Virus record (IMG/VR): IMGVR_UViG_3300030095_001206
Location: 1-64,000 of that record
From: a virus
Lineage: Duplodnaviria > Caudoviricetes
DNA: 64,000 nt
Strand: one strand, 5' to 3'
In this document: positions 1 through 8,209 of the stretch, piece after piece
Numbering within the stretch: position 1 is the stretch's first letter
How the letters are laid out: every line of letters begins with the position of its first letter
Notes under the pieces: model-generated
Databases searched by the model: none
Seen by the model: the letters and a program-made list of their open reading frames with translations, nothing else
What the model was told of the DNA's origin: nothing
Translations under genes and position numbers: made by a program

Positions 1-62
1 GTGTTAACGTCTTCAGTATTAAAGACGGTCATTCCTTTAACATCAGATGGCACAGGATTCAC
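1..62 (-). CDS. nrdB: Ribonucleotide reductase beta subunit, N-terminal fragment (runs off window edge; start GTG 62 or ATG 32)
   Basis: Manual translation (M)NPVPSDVKGMTVFNTEDVN overlapping the nrdA stop; resembles cyanophage NrdB N-terminus; nrdA-nrdB adjacency. Confidence 0.6.
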   Translation of the reverse strand, partial: MNPVPSDVKGMTVFNTEDVN

Positions 63-2343
63 ACTCCTCTTCGTCAGCAGTACTTAGTTCTTCAAGTAAA
101 TTTTCAAGATTAGAACTCTCTCCAATTACTTCATCACTCTTTTGATCATTAGTATTTTGATAATAAGATGTCTTCCAACCATACTTATATGTTGTTAAAA
201 AGTCTTCTGCCATCACACTAGTGGGAACTTCATTATCAGGAAAATGTTCTGGATTATAAGACCAGTTTCCACTAATTGCTTGATCAAAGAACTTCTGCAT
301 CACTGCTACAATATTAATGTAACCAGTGTTGCTAGGCATATCCCACAACAAAGTATAACTATTCTTTAAAGACCCATAAGACGGAACAATCTGCTTAAGT
401 GGTCCTTGTTTTGATTTTTTAATGGACAAGTAGTCTCTAGGTGGTTCGATTCCGTTTGTGGCATTGCACACAACGGAACTGCTCTCCGATGGCATTTGTG
501 CAGACAATGTTGAGTGCCGTAAACCGAACTCATTGATAGATGCTCTAAGAGATTCCCAGTCATGTGCTAAAGGTTGAGAACAAATCTCATCTACGTCTTT
601 CTTATATGTATCTATAGGAAGGATTCCATCAGCATACTTAGTGCGTCCAAAGTTTTCACAGTGACCTTTCTCTTGTGCAACTTTATTTGATGCCTTTAGA
701 AGGTAATATTGGAATGACTCAGCAAGTCCATGTACTGCGTCCCATGCTTCCTGTGACTCATATTTGTATCCAAGTTTTGCCAAATAATGTGCAAGACCAA
801 TAAATCCTACCCCAAGTGATCTACGTGCCTTTGTAGCAACTTCTGCTGCCTTTACAGGATACTTCTGATAATCAATTAACTCTTCCAATCCTCTAACAGA
901 AAGTTCACATAAATCTTCCAATTCCTCATCAGATCTAATCTTACCAACGTTAACAGCACTTAAAATACAAAGAGCAATCTCTCCTAAGTCATCATCAATA
1001 TGTTGAATAGGATAAGTTGGTAAAGTAATCTCTTGACATAGATTACTCATTTCAATTTTATCTTTAAATGATGAGTGACTATTACAATGATCTAAATTCA
1101 TAATATAGATCCTACCTGTCTCTGCTCTCTCTTTTAATAAGTCGAGGATAAGTTCTTGTGCTCCAACTGTGGTTCTGGGGGTGGACTCATCATCCTCATA
1201 CTGGCAGTATAACCTATCAAAATCATCGGTCCCAAAACTCTCATACAACCCAGGACAATCATGAGGGGAAAATAACGAGATTTCTTTATTTTGGATAAAA
1301 CGTTCATAGAATAACTTACTTAACTGGATGCTGTAGTCGAGTTTTCTGACTCTGTTGTCTTCGGTTCCTTTGTTGTTTTTGAGGACGAGGATGTCTTGGA
1401 TTTCTTGATGCCAGATAGGAAAGTGGACAGTAGCTGATCCTCCTCTGATACCGTTTTGCGTACAGCACCTAACAGTTGACTCAAATTTTTTGAGGAAGGG
1501 GACCACACCTGTGTGTTGAACTTCTCCACCCCTGATTTTACTGTTGATGCCCCTGATTCTGCCCGCGTTAATACCGATACCAGCACGTTGTGCGACATAT
1601 TTGCCAATAGCCATATCAGAGCTAAAGATACTATCGAGGGTGTCATCAATATCAACCAGAACACAAGATGCAAATTGACGAATTGGTGTTCTGACCCCTG
1701 CCATGATGGGGGTTGGGATGTTGATTCTGTGTCTGGAGATTGCGTCGTAGTACTTTCTGACATAATTAAGCCTTGTTTCTTTAGGATAGTTTCTAAACAT
1801 CGTCAAAGCAATCATGATATACATGAATTGAGGAGTCTCGTAGACTTCTCCAGTGCTCCGATCTTGTACCAGATATTTATCAACAACTTGTCTCAAACCA
1901 GCATATGTAAACTTAAAGTCACGTTCGTGGTTAAGAAATGTATCTGCCTTCGCAATTTCTTCCTTAGTATACTGGTCAAAAATATCTTTATCATACAAAT
2001 CTTGATAAGCAAGTTTAGTAATATGATCTTCTAAAGATGGCAACTCCCTAGTTCTACCATATAAACTCTTTCTTAGTTGGAATAAAAGAAGTCTTGCTGC
2101 TACAAATTGATAATTAGGGTTCTCTAAGTCTATCAAATCACTAGCACTCTTAATTAATATCTCTTGTATCTCTCCCGTGGTTATACCATCATAGAATTGT
2201 ATTCCAGAATTGATTTCTACCAGACTAGCAGATACACCTGCAATACCACTACAAGCTTCTTCCACCATCTTATGCATCTTATCCAAATCAAGGGGTTCAG
2301 TCCCTCTACCATTACGCTTTTTAACTTTGATGCTGTCGCTCAT
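43..2343 (-). CDS. nrdA: Class Ia ribonucleotide reductase alpha subunit
   Basis: N-terminal ATP cone, TPIMAG, ASCVL, SNLCQEI catalytic motif, C-terminal ECESCAI; ATG 2343 overlaps primase stop (ATGA); track start 2355 is a TTG. Confidence 0.98.
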   Translation of the reverse strand: MSDSIKVKKRNGRGTEPLDLDKMHKMVEEACSGIAGVSASLVEINSGIQFYDGITTGEIQEILIKSASDLIDLENPNYQFVAARLLLFQLRKSLYGRTRELPSLEDHITKLAYQDLYDKDIFDQYTKEEIAKADTFLNHERDFKFTYAGLRQVVDKYLVQDRSTGEVYETPQFMYIMIALTMFRNYPKETRLNYVRKYYDAISRHRINIPTPIMAGVRTPIRQFASCVLVDIDDTLDSIFSSDMAIGKYVAQRAGIGINAGRIRGINSKIRGGEVQHTGVVPFLKKFESTVRCCTQNGIRGGSATVHFPIWHQEIQDILVLKNNKGTEDNRVRKLDYSIQLSKLFYERFIQNKEISLFSPHDCPGLYESFGTDDFDRLYCQYEDDESTPRTTVGAQELILDLLKERAETGRIYIMNLDHCNSHSSFKDKIEMSNLCQEITLPTYPIQHIDDDLGEIALCILSAVNVGKIRSDEELEDLCELSVRGLEELIDYQKYPVKAAEVATKARRSLGVGFIGLAHYLAKLGYKYESQEAWDAVHGLAESFQYYLLKASNKVAQEKGHCENFGRTKYADGILPIDTYKKDVDEICSQPLAHDWESLRASINEFGLRHSTLSAQMPSESSSVVCNATNGIEPPRDYLSIKKSKQGPLKQIVPSYGSLKNSYTLLWDMPSNTGYINIVAVMQKFFDQAISGNWSYNPEHFPDNEVPTSVMAEDFLTTYKYGWKTSYYQNTNDQKSDEVIGESSNLENLLEELSTADEEECESCAI

Positions 2344-3323
2344 GTTCGTTTCCAAGTGTTAAATTTTAGAGTTGCCTCTAGACCACGGTATGTATTTGAT
2401 TCTACCAGATTTTGCACATCATGTCCAGCCAAGACCATATCATTTATGTCCTTCTGCTGAATATTACTAGGCCATATTACAACAGTCTGCTTGGCTTCAA
2501 TAGCAGACTGTATCCTACTGGTGATCTCTTTGCTTCGTGGTTCGTTATCATAGACCCACACAGGATCGCTAACCCCCCACTTACTAACATCACCATCTGC
2601 ACCGCACATAGCAATCGAATTGCGTAGGAACGTACTGTCAAACGGTCCTTCGACAACAAAGACTGGAGTTCCTCCTCGGATTTTATCCAGTCCGTAGATC
2701 TTTGGTGCATCATCATCAAACATTACCGTGATATATTTAACAGAGTTCGGGCCGAGGGCTCTACCCTGTACCCCAACTATATCATCATTATAGCATAATG
2801 GTATAACTATGCGTTCTTCATCATAAGAAATGTTATCAAACGTTGGTTTTATTCCATTGACGAACCGTCTAAAGGTTTTGGCATAGTAAAAATCTCCTTG
2901 TACTTTTCTTCTATTGAGATATTCGGATGCTTTCTTCTCTTCATGTGCTCTTGGTAAGTCGAGCCTGACACGTCTTTTAAATCTGGGTTTGGATTCTTTT
3001 GCGACTTGGAGGACGTTTGGTTCGTTTGTTGTTGATCCTTTTCCTGTCTTTCCATCTTTAAACTTATCTAAAGAATATTGAGACTGTAACGTCGAGTCAA
3101 CCTTCTTCAAGAAGGAATTAAAAGTCATGGAAGCACCACAGTTGTGACACCTATAATTTACACTTGTCTTTATTGCGTACAGATAACCTCTAGCCTTGCT
3201 TTTATTTTTCTTCGAGTCCCCACACAGAGGACACCTGCAATTATAGAGGTTTGGTTTAATTCTTTTGAATCTCTCTAGTCTCGATGAGAGAAGACTTATA
3301 TATTTAGCATCTATGTGATCCAA
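2340..3323 (-). CDS. gp61: DNA primase (T4 gp61-like)
   Basis: Zn finger CPLCGDS...CHNC, TOPRIM VEGPFDS, VYDNEPR, KDINDM. Confidence 0.96.
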   Translation of the reverse strand: MDHIDAKYISLLSSRLERFKRIKPNLYNCRCPLCGDSKKNKSKARGYLYAIKTSVNYRCHNCGASMTFNSFLKKVDSTLQSQYSLDKFKDGKTGKGSTTNEPNVLQVAKESKPRFKRRVRLDLPRAHEEKKASEYLNRRKVQGDFYYAKTFRRFVNGIKPTFDNISYDEERIVIPLCYNDDIVGVQGRALGPNSVKYITVMFDDDAPKIYGLDKIRGGTPVFVVEGPFDSTFLRNSIAMCGADGDVSKWGVSDPVWVYDNEPRSKEITSRIQSAIEAKQTVVIWPSNIQQKDINDMVLAGHDVQNLVESNTYRGLEATLKFNTWKRT

Positions 3324-3707
3324 CTATGTCATTCGAGTTGAATCTAGTATAACAGACTGAGTGGTGGGTGTCAACAGTGGACGGATAACTTTCTGTCCCA
3401 TAGGTGATACAACAAAACTTATGATGGCAATAGCACCTGCAATAGACCACATCTTCATTTCTATCTTACGAAGTCTCTCATCTACCTTGCGAATATCTCT
3501 CTCACATCCTGCCTTAATTTCCTTAGTCGAACGGTTGACTTCTCTATGAACAGATTCCACTTTCTCAAACAAGACAGCATCTATTCTATCCTGCTTAGTT
3601 AGTTTCTCATCATGGACAGCAAGCATCTGTCCCATCTTAACGGAGTTATCTTGTAGTGTTTCTATTACTCTTTCAAGTCTTTCTACTACGGCCTCGTTAA
3701 CTCTCAT
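3324..3707 (-). CDS. Hypothetical coiled-coil protein with C-terminal hydrophobic helix
   Basis: Tightly packed ORF; WSIAGAIAIISFVVSP is a TM-like segment. Confidence 0.8.
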   Translation of the reverse strand: MRVNEAVVERLERVIETLQDNSVKMGQMLAVHDEKLTKQDRIDAVLFEKVESVHREVNRSTKEIKAGCERDIRKVDERLRKIEMKMWSIAGAIAIISFVVSPMGQKVIRPLLTPTTQSVILDSTRMT

Positions 3708-3912
3708 CCTTCTTCTTCCAGTTTTTTCTGATACCTTTTGTCCAAATATACCTTTTCCTTAAAGGTTTATTAGTCATGGGTTTATCATAACCTGCCACTG
3801 GTCCTTTAGCATCAGCACTACTGCTAAAACCACCTTGAGTTCCTGCAGCATTACCTACAGTCATTTCCTCTCGGAAATAATTTAAAATCTTATCAAGTTT
3901 TTTTGGATTCAT
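3697..3912 (-). CDS. Hypothetical small basic protein
   Basis: Overlaps both neighbours on the coding strand. Confidence 0.7.
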   Translation of the reverse strand: MNPKKLDKILNYFREEMTVGNAAGTQGGFSSSADAKGPVAGYDKPMTNKPLRKRYIWTKGIRKNWKKKDES

Positions 3913-4285
3913 TGTATGTCTGGTTTAATTGCTTAAGACATTCAATATCAACCTGTATATCATTGATGAATGATTTAGGGTGTTCAGGTAATTTACCAAG
4001 AAACATAACAAAAGTCTTCATTGGTTCCCACAATTCCTTTTCTATCTTGTAAAAAAGTAAAGGAGTTGTTGCATCTTGAAAAACATTATAAAGGACTATG
4101 AAATGATTTATAAGAAGATGGGACTTAAGATCACCACTCTTCTTATATCTCTTCAATAGTCTTTTAATATACTTGAATTTTTTCATATCATTCAAGAAAT
4201 CCTCATACGTCACCGCTTGAGGATTGTCATAATGTTTGATGGCAAAAATCAAATAGTTGTCATCATTTAGTTCATTAAAAATCAT
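3893..4285 (-). CDS. Conserved T4-like phage hypothetical protein
   Basis: FAIKHYDNP...KFKYIKRLL...HLLINH...LYNVF pattern recalled from marine T4-like phages. Confidence 0.85.
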   Translation of the reverse strand: MIFNELNDDNYLIFAIKHYDNPQAVTYEDFLNDMKKFKYIKRLLKRYKKSGDLKSHLLINHFIVLYNVFQDATTPLLFYKIEKELWEPMKTFVMFLGKLPEHPKSFINDIQVDIECLKQLNQTYNESKKT

Positions 4286-4301
4286 TTCAATTCATACAAT
4301 A

Positions 4302-4877
4302 TTAAGAAGGTGTAGGATACTGGATGCTGTGATCTCCTGTAGTAATACCAGACATGGCAACAAGAACTTCTTTCTTCACTCTAAGTTCTCCATTATCTTG
4401 TAAGTAAGTGGTAACACCAACCCAACCCTCAGCATCTACTCCATAAGAAGCAGATAGTCCACCATTGATGGCAGTTGTAGAAATACCATATACTAATGAA
4501 TCAGACTCAAAGTCAGAACCAGGGTTTCTATACCTGTCTCCCTGTAAATCAAAGAGAGTATACTTAGGTAACTGTGACACATAGAACGAAGTACCAGCAG
4601 CAGCAGTAACTGCAGATAAATCAGCAATACTTTCACTGACTAATGCATCAGTATGAGCGATAGCACATTCTTGAGTACCAGCAATACTAACGATAACCAC
4701 ATTACCGTAATATGTACCAGCATCAGAACGAACACCAACGCTAATTATGTCACCAACTGATGCTGACCCTGTTTCTCCAAAACTTGTACCAGCACCGAAA
4801 ACTATCTTGGTGTCATAACTGAATCCAGTTATAAGCCCAACATTGTCGATGTTATTGTTATTTCCCCAAAGAGCCAT
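4302..4877 (-). CDS. Probable virion structural protein
   Basis: MALWG start, Gly/Ser/Thr-rich, GWVGVTTY...RVKKEVLVAM C-terminus; late promoter motif upstream. Confidence 0.7.
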   Translation of the reverse strand: MALWGNNNNIDNVGLITGFSYDTKIVFGAGTSFGETGSASVGDIISVGVRSDAGTYYGNVVIVSIAGTQECAIAHTDALVSESIADLSAVTAAAGTSFYVSQLPKYTLFDLQGDRYRNPGSDFESDSLVYGISTTAINGGLSASYGVDAEGWVGVTTYLQDNGELRVKKEVLVAMSGITTGDHSIQYPTPS

Positions 4878-4909
4878 GTTCTTTTCCGTAGAATTTCTGT
4901 GCTATAAGA

Positions 4910-4916
4910 TATTTAT
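4910..4916 (-). promoter_or_regulatory. T4-type late promoter (ATAAATA)
   Basis: TAAATA core upstream of the 4877 start. Confidence 0.55.
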
Positions 4917-5119
4917 TAAAGATAGGCTTTCGATATATTAGTAGCAAATCCTATGACTGTAGTACCAGCTGCCAATACTGCTGCTGCTCCTATCACCCAT
5001 TTTTCTACTACTTTTAATCTTTCACGAAGCTCTTCTTGCTTCTCCTCTAACCTTTCTATTTTCAATTGCATCACAGTGATACGAGTCTCCTGTGTTGCAT
5101 CTAATCCTAAATCTGCCAT
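4916..5119 (-). CDS. Small coiled-coil protein with C-terminal TM helix (XhlA/holin-like architecture)
   Basis: KIERLEEKQEELRERLKVVEKW followed by VIGAAAVLAAGTTVIGFA. Confidence 0.7.
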   Translation of the reverse strand: MADLGLDATQETRITVMQLKIERLEEKQEELRERLKVVEKWVIGAAAVLAAGTTVIGFATNISKAYL

Positions 5120-5141
5120 TCACTTATTGCAAGTGAATTAT

Positions 5142-5618
5142 TTAGTCGTCTGGATCTAAGAAGTTTACAGTCTCGTGATCTTTCTTCTTCAACCTTTTCT
5201 TTGCCTCTGCTCCAGCATCTCTACCATAATCATGCTTAGGAGCATCTTTCTTCTTCATTACTTTCTTAATAGCTTCACCTGCTTTATCTTTCCATCCCTC
5301 AAATGCTAGTTTAGGTCCACCTGCTTTCTTCTCAGCAGCTGATTTTTCGTTTGGATTCATGTTACCTTTCGCAAGATTACGTAATTTTGCTTTCTTTTGT
5401 GCTGTTCTATGTGCTGACTTATCAATATCAAAACTTTCTTTCTCAACCTTTTTCTCAGGCAATCCTTTATGCTTTGTCTTAGCAAACTTCTTAGCATCTT
5501 TCATGCTAATGTCACCTGCTACATCAGAAACTTCTTTGGATGGATTCTTCATCTCACCCTTCTGGGCAGCACGAACCATTCCAAAGAAGCGTTGTTGTTT
5601 TTTAGATACTGCTGGCAT
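5142..5618 (-). CDS. Basic hypothetical protein (DUF3008-like N-terminus), candidate internal head protein
   Basis: MPAVSKKQQRFFGMV...AKTKHKGLPEK motif; Lys-rich. Confidence 0.75.
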   Translation of the reverse strand: MPAVSKKQQRFFGMVRAAQKGEMKNPSKEVSDVAGDISMKDAKKFAKTKHKGLPEKKVEKESFDIDKSAHRTAQKKAKLRNLAKGNMNPNEKSAAEKKAGGPKLAFEGWKDKAGEAIKKVMKKKDAPKHDYGRDAGAEAKKRLKKKDHETVNFLDPDD

Positions 5619-6001
5619 TATCCTTTGGGATAGCGACCCTGTGATGGATCCTTCTTACGTTCTGCTGCATTTTCTGCATCAACTTTTGATTGATGAGCAC
5701 GTACCTTTGCTTTATCAGCAGCACTTTGTGGTTTTCTGGGGTTGTCCTTACTTACATACCCACTTTTTCCAACTTCTTTTCTAATTTTGTTCTTTACAAA
5801 TTCAAAAGCAGCATCAGATTCTACCACAGCATTAGCAGGTATCTGTGGTTTCTTTTTAGAACCAATCTGCTTCTTCAAGTCATCATAATCCATCTGGGTT
5901 CTGATTTTACGTGCAGTATCTTGATCCTTTGGACTGCTACTTACACTTTTAGTGAAAGCGTATTCTCTACGCTTGTCACGAAAGTCTTCAAATGTCAGCA
6001 T
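5618..6001 (-). CDS. Basic hypothetical protein, candidate internal head protein
   Basis: Starts MLTFEDF; TAATG coupling to next gene. Confidence 0.75.
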   Translation of the reverse strand: MLTFEDFRDKRREYAFTKSVSSSPKDQDTARKIRTQMDYDDLKKQIGSKKKPQIPANAVVESDAAFEFVKNKIRKEVGKSGYVSKDNPRKPQSAADKAKVRAHQSKVDAENAAERKKDPSQGRYPKG

Positions 6002-6919
6002 TTAACCGTACCCGTTATCACGCATGAACTTTTTGAATGCAGGAGAGTTGATTCCCTTATCAGGAGAATCCATTCTCTTTTGTCTTGCACTTCTCTTGTC
6101 TTCCTTCTCAGCCTTCTCAGGTTCTCTCATAGCCTGATAGTTTTCATCAAATACATCCCAATTCAATTCAGTAATCTCTTCTTCAGTCATAGGACTAACC
6201 TTAAACTGAACATCATTCATCTCACCAAGTTCATCAAGAGCCTCAGCAACTCTATCCCAAAGAATCTCTTCCTTTATCTTAAGATTCTTATCTTCTTCAA
6301 TAGACTCAACCTTTCCACCAAGTGCTTGCTCCAGTTTAATTTCTGGATCAATAACCACTTTATTCTTTACATTACTTTCTTTTACTTTTTTTGCTGCTGT
6401 TGCTTCTGGTTCGTCTACAACCTCAGATAAATCATCTCTCCAATTAGAAAATGATTCTTTCACCTTTCTATTCTTAATATCTTTAGGATTCTTTGATCTT
6501 CCTTTAGAATCATAACCATATTCAGCATCCTCTTTCACCTTCTTACCCATTGCCTTTTTAATGGCCTTATCTTTAGAACCAAAATACTCTTCCTTACCAC
6601 TTTCTACTTTACCATCACCATCATAATCTTTATCTGCTTTCTTCTCATTCATAGTAGCATATAACTCTGCATACTCTTCATTCTTGAGATGATCAGCAGC
6701 AGCATATCCCTTAGCACCTGCTTTATAGTTTTGATATGCTTTAGTATTTGCCTTTTTGTCTGCTCTGGTAACTATCATCTTCTTAGGAGCACCAGCAGCA
6801 TTATCCTTATTCTCACGACTTGCTAATTCTTGTCCAGCAGACTTAGGCTTTCCATACACTGCCTCTGCATAGAGGGAATTTAAGTCCTTCATTGCTTTCT
6901 TCTCAGAATAAATGTCCAT
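6002..6919 (-). CDS. Modular Lys/Glu-rich hypothetical protein, candidate internal head protein
   Basis: 305 aa ORF, DKDYDGDGKVE loop, many (V/I/L)xE boundaries. Confidence 0.8.
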   Translation of the reverse strand: MDIYSEKKAMKDLNSLYAEAVYGKPKSAGQELASRENKDNAAGAPKKMIVTRADKKANTKAYQNYKAGAKGYAAADHLKNEEYAELYATMNEKKADKDYDGDGKVESGKEEYFGSKDKAIKKAMGKKVKEDAEYGYDSKGRSKNPKDIKNRKVKESFSNWRDDLSEVVDEPEATAAKKVKESNVKNKVVIDPEIKLEQALGGKVESIEEDKNLKIKEEILWDRVAEALDELGEMNDVQFKVSPMTEEEITELNWDVFDENYQAMREPEKAEKEDKRSARQKRMDSPDKGINSPAFKKFMRDNGYG

Positions 6920-6930
6920 TTTATCAAGAA

Positions 6931-8181
6931 CTAGTTTTTTCTATACTTATTTAGGAAATTTTTAAATGACTTGACTGTAGCACCAGGTGTTTTCTCTTCT
7001 GCGTTCTTCAAATACCCCTTTGTACCTACCAAAGTATTGGGATGAGTCTTATCTCTCATCTTACGATCCATTTTTACTTCACTATATGCTTCAGAGACAT
7101 CACCTATCCAAGATTTGAACATCATTTTGTCTTCTGTGACGCTAATAAGGTAATTTGTACCCCTACGAACGATACGACCTTTCAGTCCAGTGTTCAAATT
7201 CTCAACCAAATCACCTATGTTAAAGATCTTTTTAAGGAAGAAATTCTCACGTAGTCCTTCCCAATCAAGTTTAGGTGCAATCCTCCATAAACCTTCGTCT
7301 ATCTTAGTTGCTGCTTTAACTTTCTTCTCTGCTGCACGTTTTACTGAATTGAAGATGTTTTTTGCTAATTTTTCATCAACCTTGGATGGCATTCCACTCA
7401 ACCAAGACTTAAAATCATCCTCTGCTGCTGCCTTTCTTAGTTTAGACGCAGACATTCCCTCGATGCCCTCAGCATCGGGGTCTCTGTCCCCTGCTGAAAC
7501 AACGTTAATGTCCTCAAAATCATAGAGTTCTCCGTTGTATTTGAGTGCGAGTTTCTCAAATTCAGCTTGTCTGTCAGAACCAACCACGATGTTGATACTG
7601 GAGTATCCATCTTCATTTGCTTTCTTTAATACATTAAATATGGTCTTCATCTCACCGTCATTCACAATTCTTTCACCATGTGAAGGATATAACTGCCTCA
7701 TAAAGGCAATTTTTTCGTCTGGTGATAGTGGATTTTTATTATCGTCTTGTGTTCTTGATGGATAAATGCCATAATCCCCACCTTTTGATGCTGATTTTGC
7801 AGCATTCATTAGTTTTTCATGTCCAACCGTGGGTGGATTGAACCTTCCAAAGGCAACAGTAGCAGTTCCTTTGTCTTCTTTTTCTCCTTCACCACCATCA
7901 TCTGATGCTGGCATTCCAGTTGCACCACCTTGTGCTTGTGGTTGCTTAGTCTGTTGAGCAGGTTGAGCCTGTGCTGCTTTTTGTTTAGCAGGTGCGTCTT
8001 CTTTACCTCCTCCTCTCTTTTGAGCAAGTACTAATTCACCCTTTTCAGTATGTCCACGGTAATTTCCTTCCCTATCATACCAATTTCCATGCCCATCCGA
8101 CACAAATCCCAAGCGTCGAGCTTGCTCAACTGCACGGGATGTTCTAGGTGCTTCGGATAAAAACTGTTGAAAAGACTTCAT
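6931..8181 (-). CDS. HIGH-superfamily nucleotidyltransferase (annotated cytidyltransferase in cyanophages) with capsid-targeting-like N-terminus
   Basis: VAFGRFNPPTVGHEKL, VVGSDR, MSASKLR motifs; N-terminus MKSFQQFLSE. Confidence 0.88.
   Translation of the reverse strand: MKSFQQFLSEAPRTSRAVEQARRLGFVSDGHGNWYDREGNYRGHTEKGELVLAQKRGGGKEDAPAKQKAAQAQPAQQTKQPQAQGGATGMPASDDGGEGEKEDKGTATVAFGRFNPPTVGHEKLMNAAKSASKGGDYGIYPSRTQDDNKNPLSPDEKIAFMRQLYPSHGERIVNDGEMKTIFNVLKKANEDGYSSINIVVGSDRQAEFEKLALKYNGELYDFEDINVVSAGDRDPDAEGIEGMSASKLRKAAAEDDFKSWLSGMPSKVDEKLAKNIFNSVKRAAEKKVKAATKIDEGLWRIAPKLDWEGLRENFFLKKIFNIGDLVENLNTGLKGRIVRRGTNYLISVTEDKMMFKSWIGDVSEAYSEVKMDRKMRDKTHPNTLVGTKGYLKNAEEKTPGATVKSFKNFLNKYRKN
6948..6954 (-). 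promoter_or_regulatory. Late promoter (CTAAATA)
   Basis: TAAATA core upstream of the 6919 start. Confidence 0.55.
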
Positions 8182-8202
8182 ATTACTTACTTTCCATAAT
8201 CT

Positions 8203-8209
8203 TATTTAT
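8203..8209 (-). promoter_or_regulatory. Late promoter (ATAAATA)
   Basis: TAAATA core just upstream of the nucleotidyltransferase start at 8181. Confidence 0.6.

Noticed and set aside
1513-2034. Plus-strand ORFs in the track (e.g. 1513-2034, 5690-6430, 30650-31042, 38572-39153)
   Set aside because: All lie antisense to well-supported genes, have shadow-frame composition and lack recognisable motifs
6931-8181. Calling the nucleotidyltransferase part of a complete NAD-reconstitution (NARP) pathway
   Set aside because: No Nampt, Adps or Namat-like partner is recognisable in this window; kept only as a substrate hypothesis
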